A stretch of DNA of 35,831 nt, taken from assembly GCA_964582445.1 (NCBI GenBank), contig CAZOSR010000002.1, forward strand, positions 1 through 35,831. The letters are read 5' to 3'. Shown piece by piece: positions 1-8,160 of the stretch. Each line of letters opens with the position of its first letter. The first letter of the stretch is position 1. Below the pieces are notes generated by a model that was not told the DNA's origin, did no database searches, and was given only the letters and a program-made list of their open reading frames with translations. A program made the position numbers and the translations under genes. This DNA comes from an uncultured Coriobacteriaceae bacterium (GTDB taxonomy: Bacteria; Actinomycetota; Coriobacteriia; Anaerosomatales; Anaerosomataceae).

Positions 1-1
1 G

Positions 2-1195
2 ATCAGTGTAGCCGGCAAGGTCCATGCCGTGGGCCATTCCCACACTCGCACCCATACATACGCAACTATCCATCCCGTTCAGCGGTGCGAGAGATCCGAG
101 GGTGTAGCACCCGATGTCACCCGTCACGACCGCATGGGTCTTGCCGAGCGAGTAGAACAGCCCTCGGTGTGGACATCCAGGACACAGGATCGGTGGGCGT
201 GGCGGGAGGCCATCCATCCTCTCCCGAAAGGCAAGCGAATCGTCGCCGAACGCCTCTGCGATCAACCGCGGCGAGAGCTCCCCGCCTCGAGTGAGCCCCA
301 CCTCGTCAACCACCACACCGAGCGCACGCACCCTCAGGCTCAGGTATGGGTCCATCTCCTCTATCACGACCACTCTCTCAACCTTCGAGCAGAACTCGAG
401 GATGAGGCTCTCTGGCAACGGAACGGAGAGTCCGAGTTTGAGTACAGACGCGCCCGGAAGCGCCTCACGGACGTACTGATACACGATGCCTGATGTGATG
501 ATTCCTACGGCGAGGTCCCTGAATTCCGCCCGGTTCTCCGGAGCCGTTGCACCGTACCCGGCCAGAGCTGCCTCACGTTCTGTCACGTGCTTGAGACGAA
601 CACGCGCGTTCCCCGGCATCATGACGTTCTTGGCGACGTCGCGCTCATACGGCTTCACCGGTGCTTCGCGCCGGTCCCCGGTCTCCACGAGACCCTTGCC
701 GTGTGAGATGCGCGTCGTCATCCGCACGATCACAGGTACGTCGAATCGCTCCGACAGGTCGAACGCGCTCCGCATGAACTCGAGCGCTTCCTGGCTATCC
801 GAGGGCTCGAGCACCGGGACGCGGGCGCCAACGCCGTGGTTGCGCGTGTCTTGTTCGTTCTGCGAGCTGTGCATCCCCGGGTCGTCGGCCACGACGTAGA
901 CCAGACCGCCGTTCACGCCCGTGTACGATTGCGAGTACAGCGCATCCGCTGCGACATTCAAGCCGACGTGCTTCATGGTTACCACGGCGCGAGCGCCGCC
1001 AAGCGAGACACCCCCGGCGACCTCCGCCGCGACCTTCTCATTGGGCGCCCACTCGCACCGCACGTCATCGTACTTCACGAGGTTCTCGAGGACCTCGGTC
1101 GACGGCGTTCCGGGGTATCCCACGCCCACCGCAACGCCTGCCTCCCATGCGCCACGTGCAAGGGCCTCGTTACCGGACATCAGCGTGCGAGCCAC
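2..1195 (-). CDS. iorA: Indolepyruvate ferredoxin oxidoreductase alpha subunit (C-terminus runs off the window)
   Basis: Not in the ORF track because there is no stop inside the window. Read manually: GTG at 1195 after GGAGG gives MARTLMSGNEALARGAWEAGVAVGVGYPGTPSTEVLE, then APNEKVAAE, MKHVGLNVAAD, DDPGMHSSQNEQD and ends near CVGVCVRVWEWPTAWT-antisense/ CMGASVGMAHG, all typical of IorA. Confidence 0.9.
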   Translation of the reverse strand, partial: MARTLMSGNEALARGAWEAGVAVGVGYPGTPSTEVLENLVKYDDVRCEWAPNEKVAAEVAGGVSLGGARAVVTMKHVGLNVAADALYSQSYTGVNGGLVYVVADDPGMHSSQNEQDTRNHGVGARVPVLEPSDSQEALEFMRSAFDLSERFDVPVIVRMTTRISHGKGLVETGDRREAPVKPYERDVAKNVMMPGNARVRLKHVTEREAALAGYGATAPENRAEFRDLAVGIITSGIVYQYVREALPGASVLKLGLSVPLPESLILEFCSKVERVVVIEEMDPYLSLRVRALGVVVDEVGLTRGGELSPRLIAEAFGDDSLAFRERMDGLPPRPPILCPGCPHRGLFYSLGKTHAVVTGDIGCYTLGSLAPLNGMDSCVCMGASVGMAHGMDLAGYTD

Positions 1196-1243
1196 GACCA
1201 CCTCCGGACGGATAGGGCGGATACGAATCGCCGAGATTGGTGG

Positions 1244-1252
1244 ATTCTAGCA
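1244..1252 (-). promoter_or_regulatory. Extended -10 element (TGC-TAGAAT) upstream of iorA
   Basis: Plus-strand attctagca reads TGCTAGAAT on the minus strand, about 50 nt before the start codon. Confidence 0.55.
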
Positions 1253-1289
1253 CAGTGGAAATGCGATTCCATCGAACCGGAGCGGCGTG

Positions 1290-2444
1290 CTAGATGTGGG
1301 ATCCACCTACATAGTCACCGCTGTTCTGGATCCGCGACGTCAGCGAGTTCACCCGTACCACGGTCCCGGTGTACGGTGCGTGCACGTACTCACCGCCGCC
1401 GATGTAGATCCCTACATGGTGCACACGCGAGGGATCCCCGCCTGTTCCGAAGAAGACGAGGTCTCCGGGCTCCAACAGGTCAGTACGCTCGGGCGGAATG
1501 TGCTCTCCGATCCGGAATTGCGATTGGCTGGTGCGTGGTAGCGAGACGCCCACCTGCTTGTACACATACTGCACGAACCCTGAGCAGTCGAATCCACTCG
1601 GCGAAGCACCACCCCACACGTAGGGGACGCCGAGGTAGTACAGGGCTATGTCGACGACACTGCCCGATGGCACGCCACCCGCAGGTGGTGTCCAGGGTAC
1701 GCCTCCCCGAGCATCGGATCCTGCAGGGTCCGCCGTGTGACGGGCTGCGGCGGCGGCTGCCGCAGCAGCAGCGCGGGCCCGTTCGGCCGCGAGTTCACGT
1801 TGCCGCTCTTCCTCGTCGGCGATCAGGCGCTGGACCTCCGCATCGAGACGTTCCACGTAGTCCTGCTGACGCGAGACCTCCGCCCCGATCTCATCCGCCC
1901 GGGCTTCCGCCTGATGCTGGAGCGCACGTTGCTCCGCACGCCGGTGCTCAAGCGTGCGTTGTGCAACCTCTACCCGCGCCTTCGCCGCCTGCACCGATTC
2001 CACCGTTGCCGCATCGGCGGCGCTCACGCGGCGCAGGAGTTCCACTCTCGTGATCAGATCCTCGAAGCTGCGGGCGCCGAGGAACACATCAAGCGCATCG
2101 ATGCCTCCGTGCTTGTAGATGTTGGCTGCTCGATCCGCAAGGACGCCGCGAGCCCGCTCAAGCTCTGCGGTAGCGCGCTCCAGTTCGTCTCGTGTGACGA
2201 CGATGTCAGCCTCGGTCTCCGCGACGGCCTCGGTAAGAGCGTTGTACTCCTCGACACGAACCTCGAGTTCCGCACGCATCCGCTCGAGTTCCGCTTGTGC
2301 CGAAGCCGCTTGAGCCTGCTTCTCTGATATCTCGGGAGTGGCCGGGACCGCACACGCGTACCGGGGGAAAGACATCACACCAAGGGTGAGCGCAACCGAA
2401 AGCGCAACGAGAGTGCGAACATGTCGTTCGCTGGCGGGATGCAT
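1290..2444 (-). CDS. Secreted NlpC/P60 (C40) peptidoglycan endopeptidase with N-terminal PcsB/CwlO-type coiled coil
   Basis: Signal peptide, long coiled coil, Ala-rich linker, then LGVPYVWGG..FDCSGF..HVGIY..HA (Cys-His-His triad). GGAGG RBS. Confidence 0.92.
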   Translation of the reverse strand: MHPASERHVRTLVALSVALTLGVMSFPRYACAVPATPEISEKQAQAASAQAELERMRAELEVRVEEYNALTEAVAETEADIVVTRDELERATAELERARGVLADRAANIYKHGGIDALDVFLGARSFEDLITRVELLRRVSAADAATVESVQAAKARVEVAQRTLEHRRAEQRALQHQAEARADEIGAEVSRQQDYVERLDAEVQRLIADEEERQRELAAERARAAAAAAAAAARHTADPAGSDARGGVPWTPPAGGVPSGSVVDIALYYLGVPYVWGGASPSGFDCSGFVQYVYKQVGVSLPRTSQSQFRIGEHIPPERTDLLEPGDLVFFGTGGDPSRVHHVGIYIGGGEYVHAPYTGTVVRVNSLTSRIQNSGDYVGGSHI

Positions 2445-2519
2445 GGTACCTCCGAACTGCGACTGTCTGGTATGTCGAGAGGTCCGGATCGGCGCGCCAT
2501 CGCCGTATCCACCTTCACG

Positions 2520-2555
2520 ACTATAGCACAGGCGACGCAGGAGTTTTGGTACAGT
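2520..2555. promoter_or_regulatory. Back-to-back divergent extended -10 elements for the two hydrolase genes
   Basis: Minus strand TGC-TATAGT (2520-2528) and plus strand TGG-TACAGT (2547-2555). Confidence 0.5.
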
Positions 2556-2589
2556 ACGTCATGTACCGTATCCGGCGATCCGGAGTCAG

Positions 2590-3708
2590 ATGCGCCCGGC
2601 TGCCCCGATAGACGCCCGCCCGAGCACTCGTGTCGCCATCGTGACCTTCCTCGTCGCGGCGATTCTGGTGCTCTCATCGGCAGCAGCTGCCAATCCGTCA
2701 GAGACCGCATCACAGCCCTCTCCCCCGCTCGCCGGCCTCTCCGCGGAGGCGGAAGCTATCCGTGCCGAGATCGACTCGGCCACTGTCCAGGCAGTAGCAC
2801 TTGAGGAAGATATCGCCTCGCTTGAGGCGGATCAGCGTGCCCTCGACGAGCGGCTCGCGGTGACTGCGGAGCGAATCGCGGCCCAGCGTGAGGAAGTCGC
2901 GCTGTCCGAGACTCGACTTCTTGAAGCTGAGATGCGCTACCAGGCGCATCTTGTCGAGACATACAAGCGCGGCGAGTTCGATCCGCTCAGCGTCCTTCTC
3001 AGCGCTGCTACGCTCCCCGAGCTCTTTGCCCGCGCCGACGCGCTGTCCCGTATTGCCGAAGATGACAACCAGATCGTCGCAGACCTCAATATCGCAGCTG
3101 CAGACGCCCGCTACCAGCAAGCCCGGCTTGAGGAGGTCCTCGCTCAAGACCGCGCCCTCCGTGCCGAGCAACAGTCCCGTCACGAGCAGCTGACCGCCCT
3201 CCTCGCCGAACAGGAAGCCGCGATCGCCCGGCTCACGGCGCAGGAGCGCGAGATTCTTACGCGTGTCCGCGCGCTGACCGCTCAGGTGCGTTCTCAGTGG
3301 GCCGACTCGTCACTGCCGACCGGCTCGGACATTGCACGGGCAACTGCGACGGTAGACACACACCCCGGCGTCGAATGGATCATCTCGGCCTACATGCCGA
3401 GGCAATACCGCTCGACAGGCGAGACCTACGCCGCGGTCTGCAGTTGGTATGGCCCGGGCTTCCACGGTCGCACTACCGCGTCCGGGCAGGTGTTCAACCA
3501 GGACGATCTCACGTGCGCTTCACGCACGCTTCCCTTCGGCACCGTACTCGCCCTGACCCGCGGCTCACGAAGGGTGATCGTCTACGTGAACGATCGTGGT
3601 CCGTTCATAGCGGGCCGCGACCTCGATCTCTCCAAGGCCGCGGCCGCTGCTCTGGGCTTCTCAGGCGTTGAGACAGTCCATGTTGAGGTCGTTACCGCCG
3701 TACGGTAG
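2590..3708 (+). CDS. RlpA-like (DPBB) lytic transglycosylase with N-terminal coiled coil
   Basis: Signal peptide, coiled coil, and C-terminal SWYGPGFHGRTTASG..ASRTLPFGT..VNDRGPF..DLDLSKAAA, the RlpA DPBB motifs. No SPOR domain evident. Confidence 0.88.
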   Translation: MRPAAPIDARPSTRVAIVTFLVAAILVLSSAAAANPSETASQPSPPLAGLSAEAEAIRAEIDSATVQAVALEEDIASLEADQRALDERLAVTAERIAAQREEVALSETRLLEAEMRYQAHLVETYKRGEFDPLSVLLSAATLPELFARADALSRIAEDDNQIVADLNIAAADARYQQARLEEVLAQDRALRAEQQSRHEQLTALLAEQEAAIARLTAQEREILTRVRALTAQVRSQWADSSLPTGSDIARATATVDTHPGVEWIISAYMPRQYRSTGETYAAVCSWYGPGFHGRTTASGQVFNQDDLTCASRTLPFGTVLALTRGSRRVIVYVNDRGPFIAGRDLDLSKAAAAALGFSGVETVHVEVVTAVR

Positions 3709-3717
3709 GACTCCTGC

Positions 3718-4233
3718 CTACTGTACGTGGATCAACGTGACGATCTTCGGGTCTCCGAGCTTCTCTCTGCCGCTCAAGAAGTCGAGCTCGAGCAGAAACG
3801 CGAACCCGGCCACCTGTCCCCCCATCTTGGATACGAGTGCGGCCTTGGCGGCAGCGGTCCCACCGGTTGCCAACACGTCGTCCACGATCAGTACGACATC
3901 ACCAGGGACAAACGCATCCGTGTGCACCTCGAGCGAGTCGATGCCGTACTCAAGCGCGTAGCTGTGCGCAGTCGTGGTCCACGGGAGCTTGCCGGGCTTG
4001 CGTGCAGGAACGAACCCCGCACCGAGACGGTATGCCAACGCGCCACCGAAGATGAAGCCACGGGCCTCGGCTCCCATCACCTTGGTGACGCCAGCATCCT
4101 CGTACTCGGCCGCTATGGTGTCGATAGCCGACCTGAATCCCTCTGGGCTTGCCAGCAGAGGCGTGATGTCCTTGAAGACGATGCCCTCTTTGGGGAAGTC
4201 CCTGATGTCCCTGATGTACTGCTCGAGATCCAC
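3718..4233 (-). CDS. apt: Adenine phosphoribosyltransferase
   Basis: DFPKEGIVFKDITPLL, EARGFIFG, RKPGKLP, YALEYG, VDDVLATGGT. GTG start at 4233 after GAGGAG. Confidence 0.96.
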   Translation of the reverse strand: MDLEQYIRDIRDFPKEGIVFKDITPLLASPEGFRSAIDTIAAEYEDAGVTKVMGAEARGFIFGGALAYRLGAGFVPARKPGKLPWTTTAHSYALEYGIDSLEVHTDAFVPGDVVLIVDDVLATGGTAAAKAALVSKMGGQVAGFAFLLELDFLSGREKLGDPKIVTLIHVQ

Positions 4234-4297
4234 GCTACACTCCTCACTCTCATCGTCGGTGACCCGCAACGGACCGCCGATATCCGCAAACCTGTCT

Positions 4298-5278
4298 CTA
4301 CAACATCGCCCCGAGCGCATCCAGTTGCGCCCGTGTTCCGAACGCCACAAGATGATCGCCTGGCTGCAACACCCGATCCGCAGAAGGATTGCTGTCCGTG
4401 ACTCCGCCACGGGCTATTGCCATGATGTACGCCCCGGTGACATCCCTGACCCTTGCATCGCGGATCGAGCGGCCCACAAGGGATGACTCTTTGGTGACGC
4501 GATAGGTGTCAAGCCGGTACTCCACACCCTCGCTGTGGCTCACAAGCTCAAGATAGTCGCTCACGAAGGGATCGACGACGCTCGATGCCATGCGTCGTCC
4601 ACCGATCACATTGGGTGTGATCACGCGGTCCGCACCCGCACGCAGGATCTTGGGCTCGGATGCGATCGACGAGGATCGGGCAACAATGAACAACTCGGGA
4701 TTCATCCCCCGGGCAGTCATAGCGACGAACAGGTTATCAGCATCGGTGTCGAGTGCTGTAACAAGGCCCTTCGCCCGGCTGAGACCGGCGGCATCGAGTG
4801 TCTCCTCGCTCGTAGCGTCACCGCTCAAGTAGAGCCAGCCGTGCTCATTGGCCTCCACTTCGCACTCGTCGCAGTCATCGATGACGATGAACGCAACCCC
4901 CTGCTCTTGGAGCGAAGCACAGACCACGGATCCCACGCGCCCCATGCCCGCAACGATGTAGTGCCCTGACAGTCCCTCGATGCGCTTGGCCATGCGGCGT
5001 CCCTCCACAAGATTGGTGAGTTGCCCTTCGATCATGAACTCGGCTATGACGCCCACCGAGTAGGCGATGCCACCCACCCCTGCAAACACCATGGCGATCG
5101 TGAAGACCTGTCCGGCGGTAGACAACTCCGCGACTTCTCTGAACCCCACCGTCGCCACCGTGATGACCGTCATATACAGGCTGTCGAGGAAGGTCCATCC
5201 CTCGATCATCATGTAGCCGACCGTGCCCGCCACCAGCACGACCACAAGCAGTGTAGCGGCCAGAGCCATGCGCTTCAT
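4298..5278 (-). CDS. Two-TM potassium channel protein with RCK (TrkA-N and TrkA-C) domains
   Basis: TM-pore-TM with TVATVGFREV filter region, GMGRVG Rossmann motif, GDAT, C-terminal TrkA-C. ATG at 5278 overlaps the hpt stop (TGATG). Confidence 0.88.
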   Translation of the reverse strand: MKRMALAATLLVVVLVAGTVGYMMIEGWTFLDSLYMTVITVATVGFREVAELSTAGQVFTIAMVFAGVGGIAYSVGVIAEFMIEGQLTNLVEGRRMAKRIEGLSGHYIVAGMGRVGSVVCASLQEQGVAFIVIDDCDECEVEANEHGWLYLSGDATSEETLDAAGLSRAKGLVTALDTDADNLFVAMTARGMNPELFIVARSSSIASEPKILRAGADRVITPNVIGGRRMASSVVDPFVSDYLELVSHSEGVEYRLDTYRVTKESSLVGRSIRDARVRDVTGAYIMAIARGGVTDSNPSADRVLQPGDHLVAFGTRAQLDALGAML

Positions 5279-5826
5279 CAGCGGTCCCAGATCTCGTCGC
5301 TCAACATCGCCACATAGGGCAGCGTGCGCCACAACCCCTCGAGATCGAGCCCGTAGCCGACAAGGAACCGGTCGGGTACGGCGAAGCCCCGGTACTCGAT
5401 CGGCAGGTCTACGAGACGACGCGCGTCCTTGTCCAGGAGAGTGCACACAGAGATGCTCGCGGGTCTCCGCTCCTTCAGGACCCTGAGCAGGTAGCTCAAG
5501 GTAAGACCTGTGTCTATGATGTCCTCCACCACCAGGACGTCCCTGCCCTCGATCGGGTCATCGAGGTCCTTCGTGATACGGACCGAGCGTTCCGCCCCTG
5601 GTCCGTATGCCGAGATCGCCATGAAATCGAGTGTGAGTGGTAGGTCGATAGCACGACACAGGTCGGCCAGGAACATCGTGCCGCCCTTGAGAACGGTGAT
5701 GAGCGCGAGATCACGCCCGGAGTAGTCGTCAGTGATCTGTCCCCCGAGCCGCCTCACGGCCGACTGGATCTCCTCGGAGGTGTGTAGGATACGGTCCATT
5801 CTGACATCCGGCAGTGCAACGCTCAC
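5278..5826 (-). CDS. hpt: Hypoxanthine phosphoribosyltransferase
   Basis: VLKGG..FLADL, ISAYG, VEDIIDTGLTL PRPP loop, LLDK, FLVGYGLD. Confidence 0.95.
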   Translation of the reverse strand: MSVALPDVRMDRILHTSEEIQSAVRRLGGQITDDYSGRDLALITVLKGGTMFLADLCRAIDLPLTLDFMAISAYGPGAERSVRITKDLDDPIEGRDVLVVEDIIDTGLTLSYLLRVLKERRPASISVCTLLDKDARRLVDLPIEYRGFAVPDRFLVGYGLDLEGLWRTLPYVAMLSDEIWDR

Positions 5827-6284
5827 GCGCCATCACCACCGGCGGTGTCCGCCTCGGTATTCAGAGGGGCAGCATCCAGACCACCGCCGTCAGCGTGGTC
5901 ACGCGCGCGCACCGGGATACCGAACTTGAAGAGCAGCTTCCGGAAGTCCTTCTGGTACAGGATCTTGATGTTCACGTCGGGATAGAGTTCCTTGAGTCGA
6001 CGGACCTTGCGGTTCTTCTTCGTGACAAGCTTCTGGCTCATCGTAGTGAGTTCGATGTACAGGTCGAACTCAGGCAAGTAGAAGTCCGGAGAGAACGACG
6101 CGAGAACCACCCCATGACGGTCCCACTCGAGCGGGAAGGTGGTGGGCTCGTACTCCCATGCGATCTCGTAGAAGTCGAGGATCTGTGCCGCCACCCGCTC
6201 ACTGGGATGGGCGAATTCCGTGGCCGCCACTCGCGTTGACACGGGAAGGTCCATGTCAGGTTGTTCTAGTAGCTCGTCGGTCAT
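5823..6284 (-). CDS. Uncharacterised protein with PD-(D/E)XK nuclease-like motifs
   Basis: FAHPSE..ILDFYEIAWEYEP..F..SFSPDFYLPEFDLYIELTT..KKNRK. Stop overlaps the hpt start (GTGA). Confidence 0.7.
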   Translation of the reverse strand: MTDELLEQPDMDLPVSTRVAATEFAHPSERVAAQILDFYEIAWEYEPTTFPLEWDRHGVVLASFSPDFYLPEFDLYIELTTMSQKLVTKKNRKVRRLKELYPDVNIKILYQKDFRKLLFKFGIPVRARDHADGGGLDAAPLNTEADTAGGDGA

Positions 6285-6287
6285 CGT

Positions 6288-6998
6288 TTAGTCGGCATCC
6301 TCGAACAAACGGCCGATTGCGCGGCGCAACATGTGCTGCTTCAGCGCACCGGATCCCTTCTCGAGCTCACCAAGCGTGTCCATCAGCTTCTGGCGCGCTT
6401 CTGGCGTGCGGTGGCGCATCGCTGGCATGAGAATCTGCTGGAAGAAGGTCGCCTCACGTTCTGCAAATGCTTCGTACATGCGCAGATGCCGCGGCTCGAT
6501 ACCATACTTGCGCAGGTCCCAGCACGTGTGAGCGACTGCAACGTCAGGCCCGGAGATCTCATCCCCTGCCTGCCCGCTCACGAGGGATATGATGCCGAAC
6601 GACGCGAGTTCCCTGATGAAGACCGGGGGCAGCCCGAGAGTCTCCTGGGCTCGGTCAACAGGAATGGTCTCCGCATCCTCGAACGGAAGGGCCATCGGCT
6701 CAGCGCGTTCGATGGCCGGGCGAAGCTCGGACGGTACACGCCCCTTGTCCAGGTCGTCCAGCTTCTCCCGGATCACCGCGAGAGGCATGAAGTGCTCCTT
6801 CTGGAGCTTCAACACCAGCTCAAGACGCTGCACGTCTGCAGGGCGATACTTCCGGTACCCGCCGGGTGTACGCTCTGGCGATATGAGCCGCTCGTCCTCA
6901 AGGTACCGTACCTTGGAGATGGTGAGGTCCGGATACGTCTGCGAGAGGTTCTCCACGACCTCGCCGATCGTCATGTAGTCGCGCACGCGAGGGGCCAT
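6288..6998 (-). CDS. MerR-family transcriptional regulator (FtsR/Rv1828-like)
   Basis: MTIGEVV..YPDLTISKVRYLE..LISPERTPGGYRKY..LQKEHFMPLAVIRE, and C-terminal YGIEPRHLR..AEREA. Lies directly downstream of the FHA gene, as in other Actinobacteria. Confidence 0.9.
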   Translation of the reverse strand: MAPRVRDYMTIGEVVENLSQTYPDLTISKVRYLEDERLISPERTPGGYRKYRPADVQRLELVLKLQKEHFMPLAVIREKLDDLDKGRVPSELRPAIERAEPMALPFEDAETIPVDRAQETLGLPPVFIRELASFGIISLVSGQAGDEISGPDVAVAHTCWDLRKYGIEPRHLRMYEAFAEREATFFQQILMPAMRHRTPEARQKLMDTLGELEKGSGALKQHMLRRAIGRLFEDAD

Positions 6999-7451
6999 CT
7001 AGGCGAGACCCCCTCCGGACACGAAGACCATCTGAAACCGGCCGATCTGGACAGAGTCACCGCTGGTGAGAGCGGATTCCTCCACAAGCTCATTGTTGAC
7101 GTACGTACCGTTGAGTGATCCCGCGTCGATGATCGTCACCCCACCGTCTGTCACGCTCAACCGCGCGTGAGTCCGTGAAACGGTGACGTCATTCAGGAAG
7201 ATGTCGCTCTCGGGGTCGCGACCGATGACTACCTCCGGCTGGTCGAGGTAGAACCGCTCCCCGACCTCGACTCCCTTGCGCACAACGAGCACGGGGACGT
7301 CACTGACTCCGACATCCACGACGTAGACGGGCGCGGTTGGCTCGCTGACCGCTTCGAAGGATGCTGTCGCTCCCTCGATTCGGACTCCGCAGACGGGACA
7401 CTCCGCGTCCTGCGGTGTGACTTCCGCACCACACTCCGGGCACCGGCCCAT
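6999..7451 (-). CDS. GarA/OdhI-like FHA-domain protein with N-terminal zinc ribbon
   Basis: CPECG..CPVCG ribbon. FHA motifs IGRDPESDIFLNDVTVSRTHA, GSLNGTYVN, VQIGRF. ATG at 7451 after AGGAG. Confidence 0.9.
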   Translation of the reverse strand: MGRCPECGAEVTPQDAECPVCGVRIEGATASFEAVSEPTAPVYVVDVGVSDVPVLVVRKGVEVGERFYLDQPEVVIGRDPESDIFLNDVTVSRTHARLSVTDGGVTIIDAGSLNGTYVNNELVEESALTSGDSVQIGRFQMVFVSGGGLA

Positions 7452-7493
7452 GCCAACCACTCCTGCCGAACGCATCCATGGGCACACACGCGC

Positions 7494-7754
7494 TTAGTCG
7501 AGCAGGCCGAACTCCTGGCTCTTGAAGGACTCGGCGATCTGGGTTTCCAGAGCCGAGACGACCTCAGGGTTCTCGAGTACCTTGATCAGACGCTCCTCGC
7601 TCAGGCGGTTCTTCACGTATGGATCCTTGAGCGCGTCGCTGAGCTTCCGCCCCCCGCGAACCTCGCGGATGACATACTCGACCACCCGTTCTTCCACGCC
7701 GTCCACCGCGATCTCGTTCAGAAACTCGTGGATCTTGTCTGCAACGCTCGCCAC
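7494..7754 (-). CDS. Small helical hypothetical protein (86 aa)
   Basis: Strong AAGGAGG RBS, GTG start, coding-like composition, fills the gap between co-oriented genes. No family recognised. Confidence 0.8.
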   Translation of the reverse strand: MASVADKIHEFLNEIAVDGVEERVVEYVIREVRGGRKLSDALKDPYVKNRLSEERLIKVLENPEVVSALETQIAESFKSQEFGLLD

Positions 7755-7796
7755 GCAGGCCTCCTTCGTAGGGCTGGAACGCAGTAGTATCAGAAC

Positions 7797-8114
7797 TCAG
7801 GCGTCCAGATCATCATCGAGATCGGAGTCATCGGTCACGTCGTACCTCGCAACACCACGCAAGTCGTTTGCGAGGATCTCGATCAGGCGGTCGATGTCGT
7901 TCCCCGAGACCACACCCTTGCCGTGCGTGCGGTCGTCCTTGAGCCTTCGGACCAGCTCAGCACGCAGGATATCGATCTTGCCGTGCAGGACGCGACGTCG
8001 ATAGCTGACCTTCTGCTCCTCTTCATAGAGCTCATCAAGCAGTTCACGCAGCTCATCGAGGGTGCGATCACTCAGATTCAGTAGCGCATCATCCGACTTG
8101 TGCATATCCCCCAT
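7797..8114 (-). CDS. RsiG (AmfC)-like single-motif c-di-GMP-binding anti-sigma factor homologue
   Basis: LSDRTLDELREL..EEEQKVSYRRRVLHGKIDILRAEL gives E33-x3-S-x2-R-x3-H-x3-D48, matching the RsiG signature E(x)3S(x)2R(x)3Q(x)3D with Q to H. GGAGG RBS. 105 aa. Confidence 0.78.
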   Translation of the reverse strand: MGDMHKSDDALLNLSDRTLDELRELLDELYEEEQKVSYRRRVLHGKIDILRAELVRRLKDDRTHGKGVVSGNDIDRLIEILANDLRGVARYDVTDDSDLDDDLDA

Positions 8115-8160
8115 CGGTCCCACCTCCAGAGAAGCGATGCACCTGCTACAACTCGAGCAG

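Noticed and set aside
1744-1775. GCN triplet repeats (also GGT/GGC repeats at 31243-31267)
   Set aside because: They encode poly-Ala and poly-Gly linkers; not a CRISPR array or contingency repeat.
2445-2589. Possible c-di-AMP (ydaO) riboswitch upstream of the NlpC/P60 gene
   Set aside because: The leader is only about 70 nt after the -10 and lacks the conserved ydaO sequence blocks.
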